This document shows positions 30,324 to 40,616 of a stretch of DNA of 64,000 nucleotides, in pieces. The notes under the pieces were generated by a model. That model searched no databases and was not told where the DNA came from. It saw only the letters and a program-made list of their open reading frames with translations. Positions within the stretch are counted from its first letter, which is position 1. Each line of letters starts with the position of its first letter. The DNA is from Myxococcota bacterium (lineage in GTDB: Bacteria; Myxococcota_A; Polyangia; Polyangiales; Houyiibacteriaceae), in the NCBI GenBank assembly GCA_039030515.1, contig JBCCEA010000019.1:1-64000 (forward strand), given 5' to 3'. The translations under genes were made by a program, and so were the position numbers.

Positions 30324-32033
30324 CTAGCGAGCGCGCAACTTGATCGGCCCGTCGATCTCGGAGAGGCGCGCCACCAAATCCGAGAAGGTGGCCAAGCGAG
30401 AAAGCCTCAGCCGGTGCGCTTCAGGCGACTCGGACAGTTCAAGGGCGATCCAACGCACGGGGGCCCCCAGGGGCTCCGACCAAAACAGCAAATGGGCTTC
30501 AATGCTGTCGATATCGATGCCGAGACAGTCACATGCGCGGGCGTCCTCTGCGATCTGCAACATCAAACTCCATCGCTCATCGAGCGTCGCCTGGCTCACC
30601 TGGGCAAACCGCACGATCGCTGGTTGACACGTCGTGATCGCGGCGTTTACCCCTCGCGCCACGGTAGTCGCCCGCTGCTGAGGAGACTGCTGCTCCCGCG
30701 CCGAATCGATGCGTTCCCTGAGCCAAGAGGGCGTGAACGGAGAGAGCGCATGCGGAGGCACGGACTCAGCCGCGACCACGAGACGCAGGTCCGATGCGTC
30801 AGACAGCGCCCGGATGGTCTCCAGATGGGCCGCAACCCTCTCATCTCGATCGACTCGGAGGTACACGGGAACGGGGCCTTCGACGTTTCGATTCGTCACC
30901 TCGATGCGGGCAAGTAGCGAATCGAGCTCTACCGGATGCCCGTCGGTACGCAGCGACGCCTGGTCGAGATCGACCCGAAGACCCGGTTCTTCGATGCGAC
31001 GTCCCGAGCTCTGCGGAGCGTTCATCTCCTCCAAATCCGCGAAGAAACTCCATTCTGGCTGAAGTCCCTGCAGCTTGGCTTCAAACTCGGCAGCGCGATC
31101 GGCGCAGCTTGCACCGACGTACTCCCGCGCGCGCGGCCGCTCGTCCCAGTTGTCCGGCATCGGGGCGACCACCGGACGACTCGCATCTGTGCAGTCCACT
31201 TCTTGCAAAGGCACCCCGTATGGCGCCGCGCACCATTCGCTGGCGATCACCTGCGGCATGGCACCTCGGATCTGCGCTGCCTGTTCACCGGCGCCGTCAA
31301 CCTGATGCTCGAGCCGTGCCCGCATGAAGTGGCGACCCACAAAACCGTCTTCGACGAGGAGTATCCCTCCCCCCTCGACCTGAGCCGATGTTTGAACTCG
31401 AACGGAACCGCTTTCCATCGTGGGCGAGTCATACGTTCCTTCGAGGCGCAGCTCCGCAAACCCGCGTGCCCGATCGAGATCGACCAGCTGATAGAGGATC
31501 TCCTGCATGTCGTCGCCGAGCTCTTGAACCTGAACCCATCCCGGCGGGGCCAACCAGCTCGAACCGACGCGGACCGGATCGATCGGCAGACTAGGCCAAC
31601 CTCTGGCTGGGGTTCCTGCCTGTTCGATGAGCGTTCGATGAGACTCCTGAAACTCGTAGCTGGGCTCGGCCAGGGGACGCCCTCGCCGATCGTATCGCTG
31701 GGTTTCGACTAGGCCCGCCAGACCTCCCTTCGACGGGGCGATCCAGATCGGGTGATACGGCATGGAGTTAAAGCTGCTGTCGTAGTGGATCCGCATGGTG
31801 AAGGATCCGTCGTCTTCGATCGCGGTGATCTCCGCCGTAGAGTGCACGACGCTCTCGATGACCCGACCTCGGAAGAGCATCTGCATGGTCGATCGCAAGG
31901 CGTAGCGCTGACCTACCTCATGACGGCGACGCAAAAGCAGTTCGTCAGGCATCACCGCAGCAGCCGGCTCAGGGGCGGTACTGCCACCGCAGGCGGCTAG
32001 AAAAAGCAGACACCAACCGAAGAAACGATGCAT
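30324..32033 (-). CDS. Hypothetical lipoprotein
   Basis: Lipobox FLAAC after a short signal peptide; 569-aa ORF. Confidence 0.75.
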   Translation of the reverse strand: MHRFFGWCLLFLAACGGSTAPEPAAAVMPDELLLRRRHEVGQRYALRSTMQMLFRGRVIESVVHSTAEITAIEDDGSFTMRIHYDSSFNSMPYHPIWIAPSKGGLAGLVETQRYDRRGRPLAEPSYEFQESHRTLIEQAGTPARGWPSLPIDPVRVGSSWLAPPGWVQVQELGDDMQEILYQLVDLDRARGFAELRLEGTYDSPTMESGSVRVQTSAQVEGGGILLVEDGFVGRHFMRARLEHQVDGAGEQAAQIRGAMPQVIASEWCAAPYGVPLQEVDCTDASRPVVAPMPDNWDERPRAREYVGASCADRAAEFEAKLQGLQPEWSFFADLEEMNAPQSSGRRIEEPGLRVDLDQASLRTDGHPVELDSLLARIEVTNRNVEGPVPVYLRVDRDERVAAHLETIRALSDASDLRLVVAAESVPPHALSPFTPSWLRERIDSAREQQSPQQRATTVARGVNAAITTCQPAIVRFAQVSQATLDERWSLMLQIAEDARACDCLGIDIDSIEAHLLFWSEPLGAPVRWIALELSESPEAHRLRLSRLATFSDLVARLSEIDGPIKLRAR

Positions 32034-32150
32034 CTCCAGCTGTTAAGTCACCGAGATCGCGGTGTCAAAGCCAAGGAAGCTCTTGTAACGAACTGCGTGT
32101 CGCACCATACAGACTTCAAGCAGAACCGAATTCTGCGTAGGAGGTACCTA

Positions 32151-32885
32151 ATGAATAGGGAAATTGAGGGCAACCGAGTACCCGACGTCACTTTTCGGAC
32201 CCGAACTCCAGACCACGAGTGGAAAGACGTCACCACGGCCGACCTCTTCGCGGGGAAAAAGGTGGTCGTATTCTCCTTGCCCGGCGCGTTCACGCCAACG
32301 TGCTCAACCGCGCACGTGCCACGCTACAACGAACTTGCTCCCGAGTTCCGCGCCCAGGGTGTCGACAGCATTCTGTGTATCTCTGTGAACGATACCTTTG
32401 TGATGAATGCATGGAAGGACGACCAGAAAGCGGACGAGATCATCTTTGTGCCCGACGGAAACGGGGAGTTCACCGAAAAAATGGGTCTCCTCGTCGACAA
32501 GAGCGTCATCGGCTTCGGCAAGCGATCTTGGCGATACGCGATGGTCGTCAAAGACGGGGTCGTTGAAAAAGCGTTCATCGAGCCCGAAAAGCCGGGTGAC
32601 CCCTACGAGGTCTCCGATGCCGATACGGTGCTCTCCTATCTCGGCGGCGGAAAGAAGAAGCCGCAAGACATCGTTCTATTCACGAAGCCAGGCTGCTCTC
32701 ACTGCGCTCGCGCAAAAGCACTCCTGACCGAAAAAGGCCTCCGCTATCGCGAGATCGACGCCGACCCAGGCCTGCTCCGGTCGGTCTCTGGCGCGATGAC
32801 CACTCCGCAGGTTTTCGTCAACGGCATGCTGATCGGAGGCGCAGATCAGCTTGAAAGCAAGATCAACGAGATCATTGCAACCTGA
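32151..32885 (+). CDS. Peroxiredoxin-glutaredoxin hybrid (PGdx/Prx5 type)
   Basis: AGGAGG RBS; PGAFTPTCS; C-terminal glutaredoxin CSHC and TTPQVF. Confidence 0.95.
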   Translation: MNREIEGNRVPDVTFRTRTPDHEWKDVTTADLFAGKKVVVFSLPGAFTPTCSTAHVPRYNELAPEFRAQGVDSILCISVNDTFVMNAWKDDQKADEIIFVPDGNGEFTEKMGLLVDKSVIGFGKRSWRYAMVVKDGVVEKAFIEPEKPGDPYEVSDADTVLSYLGGGKKKPQDIVLFTKPGCSHCARAKALLTEKGLRYREIDADPGLLRSVSGAMTTPQVFVNGMLIGGADQLESKINEIIAT

Positions 32886-32988
32886 TCGCGTGCGATCCTG
32901 CTCTTGAGTGCAAATGCCCCGGGAGCCCAGTTCGATTCAGGGCTACCCGGGGACGCACCGGACTGAGGGCGAAGAAGGCGACAGCCCC

Positions 32989-33068
32989 GGCAGGAGACGC
33001 ATCAGGCAGGAGAGACGCCGCAAGCAAGGCAGGAGACGCATCAGGCAGGAGACGCCGCAAGCTAGGCA
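32989..33068. repeat. Short intergenic tandem duplication (GGCAGGAGACGC-based)
   Basis: GGCAGGAGACGCATCAGGCAGGAGA(GA)CGCCGCAAGC present twice. Confidence 0.8.
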
Positions 33069-33144
33069 ATCTCCGCGGCCGATCCTTTCTGCCACGAGCG
33101 AGCCTCTAGGCATTTCCAGAAGAGATCGAGACGAGGCGCCTGAG

Positions 33145-35127
33145 CTAACGCTCGTAGTTTTGCTGACGCACTTCGAGTTCCACGTTCCAAGCGTCCTGCA
33201 TATCACCTGAGGAGTCTTGGGGGATCGCTTCGAGGCGGAGCGTACCGACTTCAGTCGCCGTAGCCCGCAGACGTACCGGAACCACCTCGCCCGGACGATA
33301 GCCGCTGACCGGTAGCGTGGCCGCGATCTCTCCGAGCTCGACGACTTCGTCGGGTGACCACCAGTCGAGTAGGGTTCCGGAAGCGTCTTCACGCCGAACC
33401 GAGCTGCTGAAAAAACGGAAATGCACCGGCTCACCGACCACCAGACCAAACTCTGCCTCGGGCGCATCAGCCGTAGTCCCTTCCTCCATGCCAAATGGAG
33501 CGACGCAGAGCGCCTGAATAGAGGGCTGCATCCCGGGCACTGCAGGCATCGCCCGCTCCACGCCGACGTAGTACGCCCGAGCCGTTCCGCCGCGAATCCG
33601 AACGCCGCCCCCTCGACGCACAAAGCCGTAGTACGCTGCGCCGCGTGCGACCGCATGCTCCAAATCTGCTCCCTCGAGAACCCGCGGAGGAGCGCCGCCG
33701 TCTTGCTTCACCCACCCGGCGAGAACCTCCAGAATTCGCGATCGAAGCACTGGCGATCGAAACACCCCTCCGTTGAATAGGACTGCAGTCGGATGCAAAA
33801 AAGCAGCAGACTCGGCTTGTTCCGTTTGGCGCAAGGAGTCTGCCGCTGCGACTTGGCGGCTGAGAAATGCGGCCAGATGACGGGTGATCGCCGCATCCTG
33901 CGCGTAGGGGAGTCCGAGCTGGGTAAGCGCTCCTCGAGGACGCGTGTGGGGCTTTTCGCTGACCTCGCAGGGAGGGAAAAAGCCGGCTAGAATCACGTCT
34001 TGCACTTCCCGCCAGGTGAGCTCGGTGCGCAGGCTGGTCCCGATCAACTTGGAACCGCGGCTCGGTACGACGACGGGTACCGACTCCACCTCCTCTTGAG
34101 CCAGGAGCGACTCCTTAGCGGCGCGGCAGGCATGAGCGACCGCCCGCATTTGCCAGGGATCGAGAGGTCGCCCGCGCTGCTGCTCAACTTTGGCGCCCAC
34201 CACGTGCGCCAAGGTCAGATCCATATTGTCGCCGCCAAGCAGGATATGGTCGCCGACCGCCACTCGATGAAGTTCGAGCCGGCCCTCATTTTCTAAAGCC
34301 GCGATGAGGGAGAGATCGGTAGTGCCTCCGCCAACATCGACGACGAGGATCACATCTCCGACCTGAATCTGATCGCGCCAGGCTCCTTGGGACTGCTCGA
34401 GCCAGCTGTAAAGGGCCGCCTGTGGTTCCTCGAGCAGCGTCACCTTGGTGAGTCCGGCGAGGCGCGCGGCATCCGCCGTTAAGTCCCTCGCCGCAGGATC
34501 AAATGATGCCGGCACGGTGATAACGACTTCTTGTTCTGAAAGCGGCAGCTCTGGATGGGCTTCGCTCCAGGCCGATGCGATGTGGCGCAGGTAGTGCACC
34601 GAAGCGTCAAGCGGAGACACACGACGCACGTCCTCTGGCGCATCGAGGGGCAATAGGGGGGCCCGGCGGTCCACGCCGGAATGACACAGCCAGCTCTTCG
34701 CGCTTGAGACGAGACGGCTCGGTGTTTTGGCGCCAAGCTCGCGAGCCAGCACTCCAGCGATCCTGAGCTCCTCAGCAGCCACGTCCTCGTCCGCACGGTG
34801 CAGCTGAGTATCGACCCGGTGCAGCTGAGTATCGGCCCGGTGCAGCTGAGTATCGACAGGCCTCAGCTCTTGCGCGTGAGGCACATAGAGAAACGAAGGC
34901 AGCAGCGACAAAGCCTCGACCTCCCCAGGCGCGACGAGCTGCGGAACTTGGAAGATCGAAACGGACGCCGCACTGGAATCGACGCTGGGATCAACCGCGG
35001 AGCGAATAGCGGAATCCACAGCCGAGGATTTGGGATCCCGATCTTCGGGAGGCGCCACGCATGCAGTGGCAAGCGCGGTGTGGGTGGTGCCGAGATCGAT
35101 TCCTATGCTGAGCGATACGTCGCTCAT
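33145..35127 (-). CDS. Hsp70/DnaK-like ATPase
   Basis: IGIDLGTT, ITVPASFD, LLEEPQAA, VDVGGGTTD, LGGDNMD, PFGMEEGT. Confidence 0.92.
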   Translation of the reverse strand: MSDVSLSIGIDLGTTHTALATACVAPPEDRDPKSSAVDSAIRSAVDPSVDSSAASVSIFQVPQLVAPGEVEALSLLPSFLYVPHAQELRPVDTQLHRADTQLHRVDTQLHRADEDVAAEELRIAGVLARELGAKTPSRLVSSAKSWLCHSGVDRRAPLLPLDAPEDVRRVSPLDASVHYLRHIASAWSEAHPELPLSEQEVVITVPASFDPAARDLTADAARLAGLTKVTLLEEPQAALYSWLEQSQGAWRDQIQVGDVILVVDVGGGTTDLSLIAALENEGRLELHRVAVGDHILLGGDNMDLTLAHVVGAKVEQQRGRPLDPWQMRAVAHACRAAKESLLAQEEVESVPVVVPSRGSKLIGTSLRTELTWREVQDVILAGFFPPCEVSEKPHTRPRGALTQLGLPYAQDAAITRHLAAFLSRQVAAADSLRQTEQAESAAFLHPTAVLFNGGVFRSPVLRSRILEVLAGWVKQDGGAPPRVLEGADLEHAVARGAAYYGFVRRGGGVRIRGGTARAYYVGVERAMPAVPGMQPSIQALCVAPFGMEEGTTADAPEAEFGLVVGEPVHFRFFSSSVRREDASGTLLDWWSPDEVVELGEIAATLPVSGYRPGEVVPVRLRATATEVGTLRLEAIPQDSSGDMQDAWNVELEVRQQNYER

Positions 35128-35696
35128 AGTTCCACCTCAGCAGGAGCGAGGACGCGAAATTCATGACCCTGAGCCACCTGAGGCAGACGGGCTTCGGTGA
35201 CCTTCCATCCGCGATGCTGCAGGGCACCTCGAAAAGGCGCCGACCCTGAGACCCGACCGGTGAGCCGAATCTCGCCCGCATCAAAGCCGTCTTCTATGGT
35301 GACCTGCGCGCCTTCTTCTTCCTCACGTATGCAGGTAAGGGTGAAGTGCTCGCGCAGCGCCCTTTGGCATCCCTCGTGAACCACGCGCGCCGCCGCACCG
35401 ACTTCCGCATCGCTGAACGCCGCGACATCTTCTTCAAGAAAGTCGACGAAGCGTCCATCGCGCTGGAGCAGACCCAGAAGAATAAGCGCGGCATCGACCG
35501 GCACCTGCTCGAAAGTCGTTCGTGGACGGGTCTCATCGGCGGGTTCGTCGACGGGTTGAGGTTCTTCTGCTTCTTGAGGCAGCGAAAGCGGAATGCGCCT
35601 GACGGAGGCCGCAAATTCAGCATCAAAAATCGTTCGAAAAAAAGCCGTCCAAGCCAGAACCATGCGGGCAAACAAAGAAAGACGGGGTTCGGACAC
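35124..35696 (-). CDS. DUF2760-type protein
   Basis: LGLLQRDGRFVDFLEED, GAAARVVHEGC, LQHRGW, LAPAEVEL; stop overlaps the Hsp70-like start. Confidence 0.85.
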   Translation of the reverse strand: MSEPRLSLFARMVLAWTAFFRTIFDAEFAASVRRIPLSLPQEAEEPQPVDEPADETRPRTTFEQVPVDAALILLGLLQRDGRFVDFLEEDVAAFSDAEVGAAARVVHEGCQRALREHFTLTCIREEEEGAQVTIEDGFDAGEIRLTGRVSGSAPFRGALQHRGWKVTEARLPQVAQGHEFRVLAPAEVEL

Positions 35697-35919
35697 CGCG
35701 TACCTCACGAAGCGTAGTTGGGAAGCAACCGAGATTGGGAGACAACCAGGCCCGAAGGCCCGGTTTCATTTGCCATAACAACCTGGGTGGTACCAACTTC
35801 AGCTGCACGAGCGCGAATGCTGTGCCCTCGTATCTCCACGGCAGCATGCCCGCTCCGCGCGGTCGGTCGATCACGCTACCCCGTTGGGCCTGGACTGACG
35901 TGCCGCGCAAAAGTCAGGA

Positions 35920-38070
35920 TCAGTGATCGAGGGCCTGCATGCGGTCGATGCCCGGATAAGTGGTGAAGATGCGATCGTATTCGGTGATGAAGTGGGTCGC
36001 GGTGAAGAGAAACAGACCCATGCCGGAAACGAGCGCGAACCTCCCGGCATAGCGCGCGACGGTCGACGCGGAGGCGCTAGCAAAGGCGAAGAGCAGTCCG
36101 CCCACCGAGAGCACCCACGGCATCAGGGTGGCCCCAACGGAGCCTGCTTGGTCCGGAGAAACTTCGCCCAAGAAAAGCAGTCCATATCCCGCAAAACCCA
36201 GCAGAAGCACGCCGCGAACCAAATCAGGCGCGTGCCAGAGATCGTGCAAAAACCGGCCTGCGCCGAGGCATAGGAAGGGATAAAGCGGCATCCAGTACCA
36301 TCCGAAAGTCCAGGTGCCGCTCGAGTAGCCGATGGCGAGCAGGTAGAAGATCATCGGGAGGTAGAGGTGGGCCACATCGAACGCTGGAGCTGAGTCAGAG
36401 GGCCGAGCTGAGTCAGGAGACCGGGTCAGCGCAGAGGCTGAAGCGAGCCCGATCAGCCACGCGAACCAGAGGAAGGTGGTCCAGCCTTCTCCGACCATGT
36501 TGTGGTTGATGAGCCCCATCGTGAAAAAGCGAAAGTAGAGGTCCCAAACCGGTGGACGTACGATCGCTTGCGTTCGAGTAGCGAACCAAAACGAGTCCCA
36601 GCCGAAGTAGCCCGCGTAGACGAATATCAGACTCGCGACCAGCAGCGTGCCCACCCCAAGCGCGATCGCATCCCGATAGCGACGCTTGGCGGCCAGCAAA
36701 ACGACAAACCCAGGGGCAAAAGCGAGCGCCGGAAGCTTGGCCAGCGGCGCCAAGCCAAGAAGCAAGGCCATCGCGTTCCGGTCCCGAGCCCGGCACCCCT
36801 CATCTCGGTAGCGCAGATAGAAGTAACAGGCGCCGAGCGCGAGCGGCGCCACCAAGGCTTCCTCTTTGATGACTCGGCCCTGAAGCACGATCATGGGTAC
36901 GCACGCCCATAAAAAACCGGCGAAATGCCCCGCCGCAGTGCCCGGAAAAGAACGTGCGCCGATCGCGATGATGAGCACCAAAGACAGCAGGCTTAGGGCG
37001 ATCGGAACCAAGCGCGTATGCTGAAGACGCGCGTGGGTAAAGTGCTCCGCGCCGCCCGCGATAGCAGCGGCACCGACGAGCAGATGCATCAGCGGAGGAT
37101 GCTCGAAGTACGGGCGAATCAGCTTAAGCGGTTTGGGTCGGAAGTAGGGTAGGAGTTCGACATCCGCGTAGGGTCCGTATGCGCTGGCCCACATCGACCA
37201 TCCCACGGTCTCTCCGGAGCGGAGCAGTTCGTATCCGTTCCAGGTGGCAAAGAGCTCGTCGTCGTTCTCCTGAAACTCGGGCATGACCTGATAATCGAAG
37301 AGTCGCAGCGCGAGACCGAGCAGGCAGATGGCCACGGCCGAGGTGGCCCCAAGACGTCTACAGCGAAGCATTCGGCTTGGCGCCAAAACGACGAAAAAGA
37401 CCCCTGCACTGAAGAACAACGCAAGCAGAGCGCCGGTCAACCAAACGACAAGACGCAGAGCCTGGCTGGAGGCCTCGCTGGGTCGGAAGGCGTCGTTCGG
37501 AATGCGAGCACATGCACCGCCCTCGATCGCCCAGCAAAATTCGAGGGCAGTATCCGTTCCAGAACTGCTGCGCCAGCGCACCTCGACCGAATGGTCACCC
37601 GGAGCGAGCACGGCCTCGTTACGGTAGACTGCGTCGTCCACCAGCAGATCGGCCCGCCCCCCGTGTCGAAGCCGTAAGGCTCGGTCGGGACCTGACGGGA
37701 CGGTGAGCGTGCCGCGGAGGGTCACGTCGATCGGTGGCGGGCCAGAAGGGATATCCCAGCGTTCGAACGGCCAGTTCTGGACGTAGCGGGAGAGCACCCG
37801 GTGCTGGTTTGGAAACCAAGTTCGCAGTTCGTGACTCCGGTGGACGATCTCTTCAACACCCGCGATCTGAAGGCGATATTCAGCAGACAACCCCTGCTGA
37901 AGGCGCGCGTCCATCAGCCAGGTCCCAAGGGAGACGGCGGCAACAACAAGACTGGCCGCAACAGCCGCCCTGCCGTAAGCGAGGCTCTCGACAAAGCGAT
38001 TCTTCACGGGGAAGTCACGTCGATTGTCGGTATCGCTTGGTTCTTCACGATTTGGGGCGTCGTGGTTCAT
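35920..38070 (-). CDS. GT-C/GT39 (ArnT-like) membrane glycosyltransferase with N-terminal PA14-like domain
   Basis: NDDE, YFEHPPL, many TM helices, LAKLPA. Confidence 0.7.
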   Translation of the reverse strand: MNHDAPNREEPSDTDNRRDFPVKNRFVESLAYGRAAVAASLVVAAVSLGTWLMDARLQQGLSAEYRLQIAGVEEIVHRSHELRTWFPNQHRVLSRYVQNWPFERWDIPSGPPPIDVTLRGTLTVPSGPDRALRLRHGGRADLLVDDAVYRNEAVLAPGDHSVEVRWRSSSGTDTALEFCWAIEGGACARIPNDAFRPSEASSQALRLVVWLTGALLALFFSAGVFFVVLAPSRMLRCRRLGATSAVAICLLGLALRLFDYQVMPEFQENDDELFATWNGYELLRSGETVGWSMWASAYGPYADVELLPYFRPKPLKLIRPYFEHPPLMHLLVGAAAIAGGAEHFTHARLQHTRLVPIALSLLSLVLIIAIGARSFPGTAAGHFAGFLWACVPMIVLQGRVIKEEALVAPLALGACYFYLRYRDEGCRARDRNAMALLLGLAPLAKLPALAFAPGFVVLLAAKRRYRDAIALGVGTLLVASLIFVYAGYFGWDSFWFATRTQAIVRPPVWDLYFRFFTMGLINHNMVGEGWTTFLWFAWLIGLASASALTRSPDSARPSDSAPAFDVAHLYLPMIFYLLAIGYSSGTWTFGWYWMPLYPFLCLGAGRFLHDLWHAPDLVRGVLLLGFAGYGLLFLGEVSPDQAGSVGATLMPWVLSVGGLLFAFASASASTVARYAGRFALVSGMGLFLFTATHFITEYDRIFTTYPGIDRMQALDH

Positions 38071-38102
38071 TTGCAGGGCCAGTGTCGGGCGTCAGGTTGT
38101 GA

Positions 38103-38304
38103 ACCGTACCCGGTCCGGTGGCTAGGTCTTCTCTTGATGCACAACCTTCGAGGTAATCGTTGTCCAGTCCCATCGCCTGCATGAACGCGTAGGCCGTAGT
38201 GGGACCCACAAACCGGAATCCCCCTCGTTTCAGGTCTTTTGCAAAACGCAGCGAACTATCGAGCACCGTACCCGGTCAGGTGGCGGCAACCGTACCCGGT
38301 CAGG
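38103..38304. repeat. Three dispersed-repeat copies enclosing a 129-bp diverged duplicate of a tag segment
   Basis: Repeats at 38103, 38265 and 38289; 38134-38262 matches 38383-38511 with 6 substitutions. Confidence 0.92.
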
Positions 38305-38947
38305 GTTCACGCGGAGCCTCGGGGGACGGCCGCCGTCGTTTGGGTGGCTGAAACCCAAGACGCGCCTGCACGACATCCTCTTTTGATGCGCAACCTTCGA
38401 GGTGATCGTTGACCAGTCCCATCGCCTGCATGAACGCGTAGGCCGTAGTGGGACCCACAAACCGGAACCCCCTTCGTTTGAGGTCTTTTGCAAAACGCAG
38501 CGAACTATCGACGGCACCATCAGGGCCACACGCAGGCTCAAACTCCCAAACGTAGGCCGCGAAACTACCAAATCGCTCGACGACTTCGAGCACGCGCCCC
38601 GCATTGTGGATGGTCGCCTCGATTTTGCCGCGGTGCCGGACGATAGCCGGGTTGCCCAGCAGAAGCGCAACCTCTCTCTCCCCGTAGTGAATCAGCTTTT
38701 CAGGGTCAAAACCCGCAAAAGCCTCTCGGAACGCCTCCCGCTTTTTGAGAATGGTGAGCCAGCTCAGCCCCGCCTGAAACCCTTCCAAAGCGAGCTTTTC
38801 AAAAAGACGATGGTCGGAAGCCACCGGTCGCCCCCACTCGAGATCGTGATAGCGGATGTAGCATTCGGAATCCCCGCTCCAGGCGCATCGGACGATCCCA
38901 TCGGTTCCCTTGCGAAGACCGGACACGTTGTCTTTTTTGCATTCCAT
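38300..38947 (-). CDS. tag: DNA-3-methyladenine glycosylase I
   Basis: RCAW, YHDLEWG, LEGFQAGLSW, FRFVGPTTAYAFMQAMGLVNDH. Confidence 0.96.
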   Translation of the reverse strand: MECKKDNVSGLRKGTDGIVRCAWSGDSECYIRYHDLEWGRPVASDHRLFEKLALEGFQAGLSWLTILKKREAFREAFAGFDPEKLIHYGEREVALLLGNPAIVRHRGKIEATIHNAGRVLEVVERFGSFAAYVWEFEPACGPDGAVDSSLRFAKDLKRRGFRFVGPTTAYAFMQAMGLVNDHLEGCASKEDVVQARLGFQPPKRRRPSPEAPREP

Positions 38948-39187
38948 CTAAAGGCGCCGCAACCCCTCTCAAGCTCCACGAAGTGGTGCACGGAGCCACC
39001 CAAAATGCGGACTGCTTCGCTGTACCCCCAAAACAATCGGGTCGATCGCGAGAGTTCGGGCCGATCCCGTCGCGAATGGATGAACTCAGCAGCTGTATGC
39101 CGGGAACACATCGATCTGGCGCGTGGATTACGACTTCATTGACCGAATAGTCACGTAATTTCGTGAACTCACACGCCTCTATTGATT

Positions 39188-39204
39188 TTGAATTTGACTT
39201 TCAA
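39188..39204. promoter_or_regulatory. Candidate Fur box upstream of bfd
   Basis: AT-rich dyad TTGAATTTGACTTTCAA about 24 nt upstream of the bfd start. Confidence 0.55.
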
Positions 39205-39227
39205 GAACGCCCATGCAGCATGAGTTT

Positions 39228-39548
39228 ATGCTCGTGTGTCACTGTTACGCCGTATCCGATCGGACAATTCGCGCAGCAGTGGATCTTGGTGCACGTTCGC
39301 GGCAGGACATCGGCGATTTCTGCAAGGCCGGCACGGCATGCGGGGGCTGCAGCGAACTCATCGATGAAGTGATCGACGACGCATCCACGGAACGCCAGAT
39401 GAGCGCACGCAGCGTGCAAGAGCGACACAGCATCTCGGAGGAACATCGAGTGCTGGGCGAGAGGGTTCTGGAGCACAAGCTCGGCGCAGGTCGAGGCCTC
39501 CCGATCGTCGACTCAGTGGTCGACGTGCACCTCCCGACCTCCGCCTGA
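39228..39548 (+). CDS. bfd: Bacterioferritin-associated ferredoxin with C-terminal extension
   Basis: MLVCHC...AGTACGGC; directly upstream of bfr. Confidence 0.88.
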   Translation: MLVCHCYAVSDRTIRAAVDLGARSRQDIGDFCKAGTACGGCSELIDEVIDDASTERQMSARSVQERHSISEEHRVLGERVLEHKLGAGRGLPIVDSVVDVHLPTSA

Positions 39549-39602
39549 AATTCGAGGGCCGGAGGCTTGCGCGAGAACGTACATGACCCCTAGGCTTTGG
39601 CC

Positions 39603-40076
39603 ATGCAGGGCGACGTCCAGGTTCTCGAATTGCTCAACGAGGTGCTCACCTCAGAGCTAACCGCCATCAATCAGTACTTCATACATTCGAAAATGTGTGC
39701 GAACTGGGGCTACAAGCGATTGGCCGATAAGAAATGGCATGAATCGCTCGAAGAGATGAAACACGCGGACCAGATAATCGAACGGATTCTCTATCTCGAT
39801 GGAACCCCCAACATGCAGCGGCTGTTTCCCGTCAAGGTCGGAGAGAACGCGGTAGAGCAGCACAAACTCGATCTCGAGCTCGAAATCGACGCGGTCGCCC
39901 GACTGAATCGAGGCATTGCGCTTTGTCGCGACAAAGGAGATCACGGCACCGGAGAGCTTCTAGAGAAGATTCTTGTCAACGAAGAAGAAGGTATCGACTG
40001 GCTCGAGGCCCAGCTTCACGCGATATCCGAAATCGGCAAAGAGCGCTATCTAGCCATGCAGATGCACCAGGGCTAG
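39603..40076 (+). CDS. bfr: Bacterioferritin
   Basis: ELTAINQYFIH, EEMKHAD, ERILYLDGTPN. Confidence 0.97.
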   Translation: MQGDVQVLELLNEVLTSELTAINQYFIHSKMCANWGYKRLADKKWHESLEEMKHADQIIERILYLDGTPNMQRLFPVKVGENAVEQHKLDLELEIDAVARLNRGIALCRDKGDHGTGELLEKILVNEEEGIDWLEAQLHAISEIGKERYLAMQMHQG

Positions 40077-40272
40077 CCGGCTGCATCAGGACCATCTGCA
40101 GCCTGACTCGGCAGCTGCCGCAGACGCGGATTACCGTAGGCACACCTCATTCGCGCTCTCAGGGTGTGCGTCACAGGCCTGCGCGACACTGGCTTCTCGA
40201 CAGCAGTGACGCGGGTGCTATGTTTCTCGGGTACATTTGCCTCCTTCAACACAGATAAGTCACGAAGACCGA

Positions 40273-40515
40273 ATGCGTGAAGCGGGTCGCGCTTGGGCTA
40301 CGGACGTAAGAACTCAGCTACATGCAGAAGAGCGGCGTGCCTGTGGCGGCTGGCCCGGTACGCTTTCGGAGGCTGAAGCCCGTGCCGCTCGTGAGTTCCG
40401 TCGGTCTTCCATCGCGCTTGAGGCAGCCGATCGCCATGGCCTGGTTAAGATTCTTTATGCTGCAGCAAAAGACCATTGGCACGACCAACGTGAACCCGCC
40501 GAACGAGACGAGTAG
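40273..40515 (+). CDS. Small hypothetical protein
   Basis: GC-rich ORF with GGWPGTLSEA motif; start uncertain. Confidence 0.55.
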   Translation: MREAGRAWATDVRTQLHAEERRACGGWPGTLSEAEARAAREFRRSSIALEAADRHGLVKILYAAAKDHWHDQREPAERDE

Positions 40516-40616
40516 CGGGTGTCGGTATGTATCCTGTATCTAGTGCGGCATATTAATGCCGTAAGGGCCGCGGGTCGAAACACACTCTTACGTTTTCTGA
40601 TGGAGAAGCACTAAAC

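Noticed and set aside
30027..30327. ORFs with repeated LWKQGPVCGSRDRFVEAGTG peptides
   Set aside because: Artefact of a stop-free 20-bp array that is open in all frames
20387..35127. Calling the Hsp70-like genes dnaK
   Set aside because: They have the ATPase motifs but not the canonical DnaK substrate-binding domain, and no grpE/dnaJ is adjacent
38134..38511. Diversity-generating retroelement TR/VR pair
   Set aside because: The six differences are not adenine-specific on either strand, the target is a housekeeping glycosylase and no reverse transcriptase is present
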